Source: an uncultured Candidatus Saccharibacteria bacterium (lineage in GTDB: Bacteria; Patescibacteriota; Saccharimonadia; Saccharimonadales; CAIOMD01). Taken from it: 64,000 nucleotides of DNA. Shown in pieces: positions 10,320-20,235 of this stretch (position 1 is the stretch's first letter; every line of letters starts with the position of its first letter). Where the stretch lies: NCBI GenBank assembly GCA_963716565.1, contig OY970318.1, positions 385,934 through 449,933 of the forward strand, given 5' to 3'. The translations under genes and the position numbers were made by a program. A model generated the notes under the pieces. That model saw only the letters and a program-made list of their open reading frames with translations, searched no databases and was not told the DNA's origin.

Positions 10320-11500
10320 TAATAATTTGCTGGCAAGTTATGCGCCTTGATGCGATCGGGAATTTTATTGTACTCTTCAACTTCATCATCAAATACTAGG
10401 CGAGTATTGTAGCCATTTACCAGCTGGCCGACAGTTTGAACGCTGCGATTAAAATCACCCAGCATATATTGCTTAGCGGCCTTGAGCTCACTTAAGCTAA
10501 ACTGACCCTTTGGCGACCGATTTTAATTCTTTGGCCATTAGCTTAAACAAAGCTTCGCAGTTTTCTGGCAATACTTGGCCACCCACCCACCAAATATTGT
10601 TGGTCTTTAGCCGACATTTGCCATAATTAATTCCATAAACCAAGCCCTGCTCCCTGGCTGTGCCGAATATCCTAGAATGCAGGGTATTAAATAAAACAGC
10701 AAATAGCGTGTCCCAAGCATCATTCTTCCTGTGGTTTCTGAACATGATCTAATACGGTTTCCCAAAAATAATAGACATTGTCTATAGCGTTATTTTTTTC
10801 CACGATAGGAGCTTCTAGCTTTGTCAAACCGTTTTCTATGCAATGAAATCCGGCCCTTGCCACCATCTAAATCTAGTCGTTGCAAGCGCTTTGTGATGGC
10901 AGGCTTGTGCTTGCTCACCGGCCCAGCAATAATAAATCTTAGGTTCGACGTATGGTGAGTGCGTTTATAATGATCTTTAATATCATCTAGGTGGATATTT
11001 TTTAGCTGTTTCTCTCTTTCGGAAAAGTTTAGTTCTTTATAGCCCATTGCCTTGCTTAAGCCAATTACCAACCTAGAAAAGTGATCATTGTGTAAACCGC
11101 GAAGCTCATCTTTAATATTGGACTTTTCTGCTACAAACGCCTCTTTAACAAATAGCGGAGCTTCAATAGCCAAACATAATAAATCTAAAATACGATCTGT
11201 TTCAAAATCAGCGCATTCGGCTTCGTAGACAATATCGTAATCGCCAGTTGAGGCATTACAATAAGCTCCATTTTTATTAAATTCTTTAAAAAAATTATTT
11301 GGCGATCTAAAACGCTTATTGGCACCCAGTAGCATATGCTCCATAACATGCGCTGTATCCCATTTATCATTTGGTGATAAATAATCACCTGCTCTAAAAT
11401 TAAAGTAAAAATTTGTAACCGAAGCGCTGGGCACATTCAATTAGTAGGCCCATGATGCCGTTGGGCAATTCTATTTTTTCTACCGTATGTTTCATTTATT
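10320..11500 (-). pseudogene. M16-family (insulinase/pitrilysin-like) zinc peptidase, frame-disrupted
   Basis: 10790-11440 contains HVMEHMLLG (HxxEH inverted zinc motif). 10497-10745 and ~10320-10500 continue the C-terminal half in other frames. Confidence 0.55.
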
Positions 11501-14093
11501 AGCGATGTTTCTTTTTACGATTTTGGCGTTCTTTTTTACGAGTTCGACGCTTTTTTGCGTTGAGCTGTACTTTATTCTTAGTTTTTCTTGGTACTAAAAT
11601 CGCCTTCATCTACTATTTCGGCTTCGGTTATTGTATCGGCATTATCAACCGAGCTACGAGCTGCTCTGGTTAGTTCTGTTTCGTGCATTTTGCTTTCTTC
11701 GGGTACTTTTATCTACTGGCATAGCATGCATTAAATTACGTAGAACTTCTCGTCTTAACACTTTTTGCATAGCTTCAAACATAGCCTGGCCACGACGTCG
11801 ATATTCTACTAAAGGATCACGCTGACCAACGCTTGTCCAATGAATACCTTCGCGCAAGTGTTGCATATCTTCTAGGTGCTGCATCCATAAATTATCAAGA
11901 ATTTGAAAATATATATCACGTTCAATTAGACGCATAATTGGTGCCGTAAAGGCTGTTTCGCGAGCTTTATATAACTCTAGAGCTTCTTGATTTAGGACCA
12001 TAGCAAACTTATCGGCTTCGGCATCAAATAATCTATCTAGAGTTGGCTGCATCAAACGGAAAAACTTCGTTAATATATTTTTCGTAATCTTTTACTTTGA
12101 CCAGCCAACATAGCTAATTCGCTAGATTCTTCTTTAATAAATTGCTTTATGCGATCTTCAATATTAGCGTTTTCTAGCAAAGCTCGTCGAGTTTCGTAAG
12201 TGACTTTACGATGGCGATTCATAACGTCATCATACTTAACAACATTCTTGCGAGCATCAAAGTTAAAGCCTTCTACCTTCTTTTGAGCACCTTCTAATGA
12301 CTTGCTAACAACTCGGTTTTCTAGTGGCATATCTTCATCGACTTTTAATCTATCCATTAAAGCAGCAATTTTTTCGCCACCAAAAATACGCATTAAGTCA
12401 TCTTCGGTGCTAACATAAAATTGGGTAGTACCTGGATCGCCCTGACGGCCACAACGACCTCTTAGCTGATTATCGATTCGCCTAGATTCGTGACGTTCAC
12501 TACCAAGAACAAATAAGCCGCCAAGTTCAACTACACCCTCACCCAACACAATGTCAGTACCTCGACCAGCAATGTTAGTAGCCAAGGTGACTGCACCTTT
12601 TTGACCAGCTTTAGCAATAATGGCTGCTTCTTTTTCGTTGTTTTTGGCGTTTAGCATCTCGTGCGGAACGCCGGCTTTTGTTAAAGCATTATGGATTTCT
12701 TCGTTACTTTCAATAGAAGCCGTACCCAGTAGAACCGGTTGCCCTTTTTCGTGTAAGTTCTTTAACAGCCTTAACAATAGCTCTAATTTTTGCTGCTTTG
12801 GTTTTATAAATTCTGTCTGGCAAATCTTTTCGTTTTATTGGCCGATTAGTTGGTATGTCAATGACATCTAGCTTATAGATCTGATGGAATTCTTCGCTTT
12901 CGGTCATAGCCGTACCAGTCATACCGGCTAGTTTTTCGTACAATCTAAAGTAGTTCTGGAATGAAATCGTCGCTAGCGTCATTGATTCTTCTTGAACTTC
13001 TACACTCTCTTTGGCCTCGATTGCCTGGTGTAAACCTTCGTTATAACGACGACCCTTTAGTAAGCGACCAGTAAAGTCATCAACAATAATTACTTCGCCA
13101 TCGTTGGTTACAACATAATCTTTGTCGCGAACAAATAATGTTTGAGCTCTTAGGGCCTGTTCTAGGTGATAAATAGTTCGGACGTTAGCTTCTTCGTATA
13201 AATTCTTAATACCTAGCAGTTTTTCTACTTTTTCAACGCCATCATCGGTTAAGGTCACCCGTTTTTCTTTTTCGTCGACAACGTAATACTTGGGTTCTAG
13301 TTGGGCTATAACCCTGAGCAAATTGTTGATAGGCTTGACCACTCGATGTGCTTGGCGCCGAAATAATCAACGGCGTTCGAGCTTCGTCAATTAATATTGA
13401 GTCAACTTCGTCAACTATAGCATAGTGCAATTTACGCTGACGCAGTTGATCGACTTCGCGCACCATGTTGTCTCTTAAATAATCAAAACCAAATTCGTTG
13501 TTAGTGCCATAAGTAATATCTGCTTTGTAAGCTTCTTGTCGAGTACAGGGTCTTAGATGTCTAAAGCGTTCATCGGAATGGTCTTCGTTGTTATAATCTG
13601 GGTCATAAATTAACGACACATCTGGGTAAATTACCCCTACCGTTAGGCCTAAGAAATTATAGATTGAACCCATCCACCCGGCATCACGCTGGGCTAAGTA
13701 TTCGTTAACCGTAACAACGTGCACCCCTTGGCCGGTTAAGGCATTTAGATACACCGGTACTGTGGCTACTAAGGTTTTACCTTCACCAGTTTTCATTTCG
13801 GCAATATCACCTTCGTGCAATACAATGCCACCAATCAGCTGAACATCAAAATGCCTTTGGCCTAGTTTGCGTTTAGCTGTTTCACGAACCACCGCAAAAG
13901 CATCCGGCAAAATTTTATCTAACGACTCTTTTTTTAGGCGCTCTTTCAAAACGGTAGTTTGGGCGGCCAAATCTTTATCTTTTAGCTTGGAATACTTAGA
14001 TTCCAGCTTGTTAATTTCTACCACTCTACGGCGCAAACGACGGACTTTACCCTTTTGATTGTCGCCAAGTACCCGCTTTAAAAAACTCGCCAT
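11500..14093 (-). pseudogene. secA: preprotein translocase ATPase SecA, split into at least 5 frames
   Basis: N-terminus at 13242-14093 (..[35 protein letters not shown]..). Continuing fragments are 12710-13342 and 12070-12777 (..[32 protein letters not shown]..). Fragment 11654-12055 and a basic C-terminal tail (KNKVQLNAKKRRTRKKERQNRKKKHR) near 11500-11580 complete the gene. Each junction diverges from SecA consensus as expected for 1-nt indels. Confidence 0.85.
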
Positions 14094-14191
14094 AAGTTAT
14101 CAAACCTCTCTTAAAAAGTTTAAGCTTTTGTTAGCTTAGTATCACTACGTTGCTATATTGTACCTTATCCAACCCTATTTCGAAATAATGT

Positions 14192-14569
14192 CTAACTTGT
14201 TTTTTTACGAATGATTTTACCCAAAAAGGCTCTAACTTGGGTTTCGCGATGACCGCGCTTGGCCGAAAAACTGGCCTTGTATTTTCTTAGCTGGGCTTTG
14301 AGCTTTTCTTCTACAATATCAATGGCTGCATACATGTTCACCGTACTATCACTGGCCGTAATAGTTTCGCCAGGCAATTGCAGACTAACCTCAACCGTGC
14401 AACGTCTTTTTGTACGATCCTTGCCTTCGCTTAAACGAACCTCGGCAAAAGCACTTTTGCGAGCATGGCGAGGCATATAATTGTCTAATTTGGAAATTTT
14501 TTGGTTTATATAGCTCTCTAGGTCTTTGGTTGTTTCGGTATGAATAGTTTTTATTTCTATCCTGTTCAT
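14192..14569 (-). CDS. hpf: ribosome hibernation promoting factor / RaiA (S30AE family)
   Basis: 125 aa with the typical beta-alpha-beta-beta-beta-alpha pattern (MNRIEIKTIHTETTKDLESYINQKISKLDNY...). Its ATG overlaps the serS stop (TAATG). Confidence 0.75.
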   Translation of the reverse strand: MNRIEIKTIHTETTKDLESYINQKISKLDNYMPRHARKSAFAEVRLSEGKDRTKRRCTVEVSLQLPGETITASDSTVNMYAAIDIVEEKLKAQLRKYKASFSAKRGHRETQVRAFLGKIIRKKTS

Positions 14570-15807
14570 TAAATCTTTTCCCTTCCACCCATGTATGGTC
14601 GCAGAGCTTCTGGTAACAGTAGCTCTTTGCCATCAACTTGGCAGTTATCCATAACGGCCACTAGCGTTCTGGCTAGCGCCACAGCCGTACCATTTAGTGA
14701 ATGGGCCAGCTCAATTGTGCCGTCTTGGCGACGAACCTTTATGTTTAGATTTCGGGTTTGATAGTCTGTGCAGTTAGAACAACTGGTTAACTCGCGATAA
14801 GTCTGATCTATGGGGCTCCAATATTCGATGTCATATTTTTTGGCGGCCGCAGCACCTAAATCGCCACTAGCAATATCTATAACCCTATACGGTATACCTA
14901 AGGCCTGCCAGACCGCCTCTTCGATTTCTAATAGTTTTGCGTGCATAGCTTGGCTGTTTTCGGGAAGTGTAAAGGCATACATTTCTAACTTATTAAACTG
15001 GTGGACCCTAAACAACCCCCTGGTATGTTTGCCATAAGCGCCAGCTTCTTTGCGGTAACACGGACTGTAAGCGCAATACGTTAAAGGCAAGGCAGCTTCA
15101 TCTAAGACTTCATCTTTATGATAGCCGGTTAATGGAATTTCGGCAGTGGCAATCATAGTTAGGTCTTCGCCTTCTATATAGTACTCATCACTCTGCTCGC
15201 TAGTTCTTGGCGCAAAGCCAGCACCGGCAGCTACGTTTGAAGATACCATGTGCGGAACGGCCATAAATTGAAAATCTCTTTTAAGCAATAAGTCTAGGGT
15301 GAACTGGTAAAGGGCGTTTTCTAGAAGAGCTAGGTCGCCTTTTAAATAATAAAACTTATTACCAGCAACTTTGGCACCGCGATCAAAATCTATCCAATCG
15401 TGCTTTGTAGCAAGTTCTAGGTGATCAACCCCGCCAGTTTTTTTGTCACCAAATTCCGACACCACCTTATATTCACTCTCACTGCCAATTGGCACGTCTT
15501 CTGCTGAAAGGTTTGGTATAGCCCTTAATAAAGCACTGAATTCAGCACTAATCGGCTCTAGCTCGGCCTCTAATTTGGTGATATCTTCTTTAAGCTGTCG
15601 ACCCTTTTCTATCTGCTCGGTCGAAGGCTTTTCTTTGCCGCTAGCTACTTGATTGCGCTCCTGGCGTAGCTGTTCTAGGGCGCCCAGCCCTTCGCGACGC
15701 TGTTTGTCTAGTTGTAGAAGCCTGTCTACATCTAAACTAAAACCTCGCTGCTGATTGTTTTCTTTTACTTTGTCAGGATCTTTTCGAATAATCTCTATAT
15801 CTAACAT
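14569..15807 (-). CDS. serS: seryl-tRNA synthetase
   Basis: N-terminal coiled-coil arm. Class-II motifs (..FRVHQFNKLEMYAF.. and ..GDLGAAAAKKYDIEYW..). C-terminus ..TAVALARTLVAVMDN.. Confidence 0.9.
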   Translation of the reverse strand: MLDIEIIRKDPDKVKENNQQRGFSLDVDRLLQLDKQRREGLGALEQLRQERNQVASGKEKPSTEQIEKGRQLKEDITKLEAELEPISAEFSALLRAIPNLSAEDVPIGSESEYKVVSEFGDKKTGGVDHLELATKHDWIDFDRGAKVAGNKFYYLKGDLALLENALYQFTLDLLLKRDFQFMAVPHMVSSNVAAGAGFAPRTSEQSDEYYIEGEDLTMIATAEIPLTGYHKDEVLDEAALPLTYCAYSPCYRKEAGAYGKHTRGLFRVHQFNKLEMYAFTLPENSQAMHAKLLEIEEAVWQALGIPYRVIDIASGDLGAAAAKKYDIEYWSPIDQTYRELTSCSNCTDYQTRNLNIKVRRQDGTIELAHSLNGTAVALARTLVAVMDNCQVDGKELLLPEALRPYMGGREKI

Positions 15808-15846
15808 GCTAGTAATTATACTTCTTTTAAGGACAGCTCGCCAAAG

Positions 15847-16626
15847 CTATTTTTTACGCTTGCTCAGATGATCGAGAGTCAGTTGGGTGCGAGATTTAGC
15901 GTAAGTACAAAATTCACAGTCGCCACCCATAACGGCCACGCCAATTTTATCGGGCATGGGGCCTTCTAGGCATTTTTTTACATCTATCAAGGTAGGCTCT
16001 ACCCAGTTATCGTTACCCTTATAAGATATAAGTTTGGTTTTAAACTCTACCTTGTCAAAAAAGCCTTCGGCCTCACTTATGCCATTGGTATAAACAAAAT
16101 AGCCTGTATCACTCACCTTAAAGCCGTTCTGCCTGAATAACCATTGATAAACTTCCATTTGCCGTTTATAGGTAATCTGCCAATCGGCGTCTAAGCTTAC
16201 TTCGGTCTTTTTTGAGGTAGCCTTATAGTCAACAATTATTAGTTCGCCACTAGGTGTAACCCAAACATCATCAATGGCGCCAAACACTAAAAAATTGGTT
16301 GGTTTGTGCAGATATTGGATACCCACAAAATTCTCGCGCCACTTGCTTAAATCTTTATGCTCAAACGGGATTGCATCAATTTTGTGTTCAATCATCCAGT
16401 GGTGTGCAATCTGTTTTTTGCGGAATTCATCAAACTCTTTCTTTAACAATTCATCTATTGCCTTGTTTATTTGGAAAGGTGGGCTGCTCGGCCGTTTAAT
16501 GCCAATTACCCTGTCTAGCCAAAGACATCTGGGGCATTGCACGAATAAATCAATCTTACTGCGACTTAATTTAAAGGACTCAGTTTGGCCAGGTTTATAT
16601 TTAGTATCGTATCTTGAATATGCCAT
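15847..16626 (-). CDS. PD-(D/E)xK nuclease-superfamily protein with four-Cys cluster (Cas4-like fold)
   Basis: N-terminal VQCPRCLWL, core GAIDDV...ELIIVDYKAT (D...D/E-x-K) and C-terminal GGDCEFCTYA. No CRISPR array or other cas genes lie nearby. Confidence 0.5.
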   Translation of the reverse strand: MAYSRYDTKYKPGQTESFKLSRSKIDLFVQCPRCLWLDRVIGIKRPSSPPFQINKAIDELLKKEFDEFRKKQIAHHWMIEHKIDAIPFEHKDLSKWRENFVGIQYLHKPTNFLVFGAIDDVWVTPSGELIIVDYKATSKKTEVSLDADWQITYKRQMEVYQWLFRQNGFKVSDTGYFVYTNGISEAEGFFDKVEFKTKLISYKGNDNWVEPTLIDVKKCLEGPMPDKIGVAVMGGDCEFCTYAKSRTQLTLDHLSKRKK

Positions 16627-16635
16627 TAAAACTCC

Positions 16636-17349
16636 TTAAATAGTTAGGGCAACAGTTAGTGCGGCGATAGCAGCCGTTTCGGCTCTTAATGTCATATCCG
16701 ACAAGTTTATATGAGGCAGGTTATTCTCTCTAAATATGTCCTTTTCTTTTTCGCTCCACCCGCCCTCTGGCCCAATTAAAATACCAAATTCCTGTTCTTT
16801 CGGCAGCAACCGACCCGATCCTTCCGTAGCCTGTTCGCATATATACAGTGACAGATTTTTATATTCTTCTAGGGCTTCTGTTAAACTGATTGGCTCCCTA
16901 ATAACTGGTATGTCACTGCGGCCACACTGTTCGGCGGCTTCTATAGCAATTTTTTGAGACCGTTCTACATTTAAATCGGTTTTTTCGCTACGCTCAGAAA
17001 TTATTGGCACTAAGTCGCTTACGCCTAATTCGGTTGCCTTTTGGATTACCCAGTCGTTCTTGTCATTTTTTAGCAGCGACCATAATAAATAAACATGTTT
17101 TTTGGGCATCTTACGCTCTATCTCGGTGACCATTTCTAGTAAAACCGACAGCGAAGATTCGATGTCTTTTATCTTATATAAGCGTTCTTCTGTGTCATTG
17201 AATAGAATCAACTGATCGCCGGATTTATATCGCAATACTTTTAGCCACTGATTCAGAAGATTAGCGTCGTGAATCCACACTATTTGGCTAAGCTCTAGCT
17301 TGCCTGCTTTGTCGTGGACAGACTCTACATAGAATCTATGCAACTTCAT
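16636..17349 (-). CDS. rsmE: 16S rRNA (uracil1498-N3)-methyltransferase RsmE
   Basis: N-terminal MKLHRFYV... and C-terminal ..ILIGPEGGWSEKE...LSDMTLRAETAAIAALT, both RsmE hallmarks. Confidence 0.8.
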   Translation of the reverse strand: MKLHRFYVESVHDKAGKLELSQIVWIHDANLLNQWLKVLRYKSGDQLILFNDTEERLYKIKDIESSLSVLLEMVTEIERKMPKKHVYLLWSLLKNDKNDWVIQKATELGVSDLVPIISERSEKTDLNVERSQKIAIEAAEQCGRSDIPVIREPISLTEALEEYKNLSLYICEQATEGSGRLLPKEQEFGILIGPEGGWSEKEKDIFRENNLPHINLSDMTLRAETAAIAALTVALTI

Positions 17350-17362
17350 TAGCCAAAAACCC

Positions 17363-18179
17363 TTAAGGCCTCAAACTACCGGCAAAAACTTGCCAGGCTA
17401 AAGCACTTTTTGCAACTACACTTAAAATCATATAAACCCGTTCGCCAAATAGGTAGTTCTTCCAGGGGCCAATCTTTTTATACTGTAAACACATGTTAAT
17501 AGCAAAACAGTTAAAGAATATAAAAATACTGGCGTAAATTCCGTACACAAAACCAGGTACGCCACCGCTACCAAAAGCACTGGCTCCTACAAAATAAATA
17601 ACCAACACTAGCCATGGAATAAAACCGCTTAAACAACCAATCCAAAATGTATACCAGTTGGTTTTTTGGGTAGCTTGATTCCATAGTTCCATGCCCAATC
17701 CCATCAAATTCATAATTGCGGTAAGGAAGAATATCATGACTAGATTGCTTAGCTCATACACGCCACTAAGCATGGCAATCGCCACCATCATAGTGCTGGC
17801 ACTGACGGCATATTCTATCCAGCGAGCTTTATTAATGCCCTTTTTTAAATCTTTTTCGTATCTTTTACGATATATTGTTGCCACAATTAAGTGTGCAAAG
17901 GCCGACATAAACAAAAATGATACTGTTAGCCAAGCAAATTGAACATCAAACAAGTTGCGAGTGGCAGTTTCTAAGGCTTTGAGTCGATTCATTAAAAGTT
18001 AAATAGGTAGTAGTGACTGGCAAAAAGAAACTTTTAGCAATAATAGCCATAACTACAGCTTGGACAACATGCAAACCGGCCATTATATAATTAAAACGAT
18101 TTAAATATTGCATAGTTATTTGGCGGCGTTTTTTAGAGCCAAAAGATAGCCTAAAGTAGGTCAGTTTGATTTTTTTCAT
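17363..18179 (-). CDS. heliorhodopsin (7-TM retinal protein), interrupted by one frameshift near 17950-17990
   Basis: C-terminal 209-aa piece: ..ARWIEYAVSASTMMVAIA..FWIGCLSGFIPWLVLVIYFV..VPGFVYGIYASIFIFFNCFAINMCLQYKK..GERVYMILSVVAKSALAWQVFAGSL. This is collinear with characterised heliorhodopsins, including the retinal-binding Lys in the SVVAKSALAW segment. The N-terminal piece (..MQYLNRFNYIMAGLHVVQAVVMAIIAKSFFLPVTTTYL..) is in another frame at 17946-18115. Confidence 0.75.
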
Positions 18180-18230
18180 TCGCTTATCCTCCTATTTATA
18201 ATTTTACATTTAAGTAGATTATCCATGGTT

Positions 18231-18935
18231 CTATTTCCAAAGCTGCAAATTTTTCGTTAATTCGGCGGCAATCTCATTTGGTGCAAAGAATGCAATACCG
18301 TAGAATGTCGTAGCTTCAATGGTCTGCTCTTTCATGGTGTCAATAATTTCTTGGTCATTAGTCGTATCTTGCATCTCTTTGATAAAAACGTGGTGTTTTA
18401 GTTTGCGTTCGCAGACGTTAGTGTAAATCTTATGCAATTCTTTCTCATCAGCTCGCATGATGATAATCGGATATTGAGGGTTGCGGGGCAACTTTTCGCC
18501 ATCTTGGCTAACAAAATAATCGCCACTAACTAATTGCTCTTTGTCTACCATGCTACCGATTATTGCATTCATATGTGCAACGGCATTTGTAACGCGCCAA
18601 GGCTCTAGATCTTTATTGACAACGGCTACAATGCGCCTAGAAAAATCTTGGGGGGAACTTCTGCCATGGCTAATGTCAGATTTTGTTGCAAAGACTTCAG
18701 GGTAAAACTCCCGGGTTGTATTATCAACTTCTAATCTAAGTTGTGGGAATGGTACACCTTCGCGGGCCGTTACGCCCTCGAATACCCAAAAAACCCGTTC
18801 ACTGATGCCCCAACCACATGCCGGTGGCATTCCGTATTCCAGCATTTCTACGTAATCAATATCTAACATCATAGCTTCTTCGTCACCGCTATCACGCATT
18901 TGTTGTTGTTCTACAAATCGATTTAGCTGTTCCAA
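18231..18935 (-). CDS. ORF combining the LysRS C-terminal motif-3 region (aa 1-70) with a ~160-aa PTH2/DUF2000-like domain
   Basis: N-terminal part ..EYGMPPACGWGISERVFWVFEGVTAREGVPFPQLR is LysRS motif 3. It continues without a stop into RIVAVVNKDLEPWRVTNAVAHMNAIIGSMV...YPIIIMRADEKELHKIYTNV...HVFIKEM. There is no internal ATG before aa ~120. Confidence 0.4.
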   Translation of the reverse strand: MEQLNRFVEQQQMRDSGDEEAMMLDIDYVEMLEYGMPPACGWGISERVFWVFEGVTAREGVPFPQLRLEVDNTTREFYPEVFATKSDISHGRSSPQDFSRRIVAVVNKDLEPWRVTNAVAHMNAIIGSMVDKEQLVSGDYFVSQDGEKLPRNPQYPIIIMRADEKELHKIYTNVCERKLKHHVFIKEMQDTTNDQEIIDTMKEQTIEATTFYGIAFFAPNEIAAELTKNLQLWK

Positions 18936-18964
18936 CGGGTCATTTAGTTCGCTAAAACCATTGC

Positions 18965-20062
18965 CTAGCTCGCTACCGCCGATAATGGCTGAAAACGCTG
19001 AACGGTGTTAGGCTTAATGGGGTCTACCTTGGCGAGCGGGCTAATAAATAATGGCATACTCACCAACCAGATCGGGCCAGCAATATCTTTGCGTAGATTC
19101 TTCCAAAGTTTATCAATTCCCCGCGATATGTTTTCGGCTTTTTCTACCTCTAGTTTGTTTTCGACTAACAGTTTCTTAACTTCTTCTAAACTGCAGTTAA
19201 AAACATCTATACCATATTTTTGCTGCATTAAATCGGCATAATCTTGTTGTGGCCAATCTTGGCTTAAATCTACATCAAAACCATTAACTTTAAACTGTAA
19301 CTTGCCATAAACCTCGTTTAGCACATAACTATACATTTCGGTTGTTAGCTTTATGCCATCTTGCCAGTCGGCATAAGCCCAGTACCATTCCATGGCAATA
19401 TGTTCTGGCAAATGTTCATCAGAATAATTTTCGTTTCTAAAGCGTGGACCAATATCAAATACCTTTTCGTAACCACCACCTATCAACCTTTTTAGTGGTA
19501 GTTCTTGGCTTATTCTTAAATAAAAATCTTGGTCTAGCGCATCCATGTGAGTAACAAATGGCTTAGCATCAGCTCCGCCAGTGGTATGTTCTAATACCGG
19601 AACATTCATTTCGTAAAAACCATTGTCTACCAAGAATTGTCTCGTAGCTTGCCAAAAATGGCTACGTCTTATGTACCGTTCATAGACGTCTTTATTTATA
19701 TTTGTATCTATGTAGCGGCGCCTTAAACGTTCTTCTTTATTAGAAAAACCATCGTAGCTATTGGGCATTGGCCTTAAGCTTTTTGTAAGCAACCTTAAGG
19801 TTTTAGCTTCAACCGATATCTCACCAGTTTGTGTCTTGATAACCAATCCCGAGCCTTCTATAAAGTCACCAATATCTAGTAAGGCTAGATCTTCTAAGCC
19901 AATAAAACCATCAGCAGGCTGGGTGGATCCAACGGTTCCCTCTTTAATAAAAAGTTGTACCGAACCACTAGCGTCTTTAATGGCAATAAAAGCGATTTTA
20001 CCAAATTTTCTAATATTAATAATTCGGCCAGCTACGGTAACTTCTTTACCCTTTAAGTTCAT
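18965..20062 (-). CDS. lysS: lysyl-tRNA synthetase (class II), N-terminal 365 aa; reading frame breaks near 18950-18975
   Basis: OB-fold anticodon-binding N-terminus (VTVAGRIINIRKFGKIAFIAIKDASGSVQLF). Catalytic core through ..FISPLAKVDPIKPNTVQRFQPL, then out-of-frame residues SAVAS*. Motif 3 is found in the next ORF. Confidence 0.85.
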   Translation of the reverse strand: MNLKGKEVTVAGRIINIRKFGKIAFIAIKDASGSVQLFIKEGTVGSTQPADGFIGLEDLALLDIGDFIEGSGLVIKTQTGEISVEAKTLRLLTKSLRPMPNSYDGFSNKEERLRRRYIDTNINKDVYERYIRRSHFWQATRQFLVDNGFYEMNVPVLEHTTGGADAKPFVTHMDALDQDFYLRISQELPLKRLIGGGYEKVFDIGPRFRNENYSDEHLPEHIAMEWYWAYADWQDGIKLTTEMYSYVLNEVYGKLQFKVNGFDVDLSQDWPQQDYADLMQQKYGIDVFNCSLEEVKKLLVENKLEVEKAENISRGIDKLWKNLRKDIAGPIWLVSMPLFISPLAKVDPIKPNTVQRFQPLSAVAS

Positions 20063-20235
20063 CAAAACCAGCTACAACAGATTGGCATTGATGAGTCCGA
20101 TTAGCCTTAGCCGGATATGGATTAAAGCCCTTATCTTTTAACGCCTGCAGTTTGCGCAGTCGTTCATCCCTTAACTCTTTTAGTGTAGCCATAACTTAAA
20201 AACTAGTATAACAAATAATGTCTGGGTGGGTTATG

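Noticed and set aside
14391-14636. 81-aa ORF overlapping hpf and the serS 3' end
   Set aside because: It is an out-of-frame overlap with two well-supported genes.
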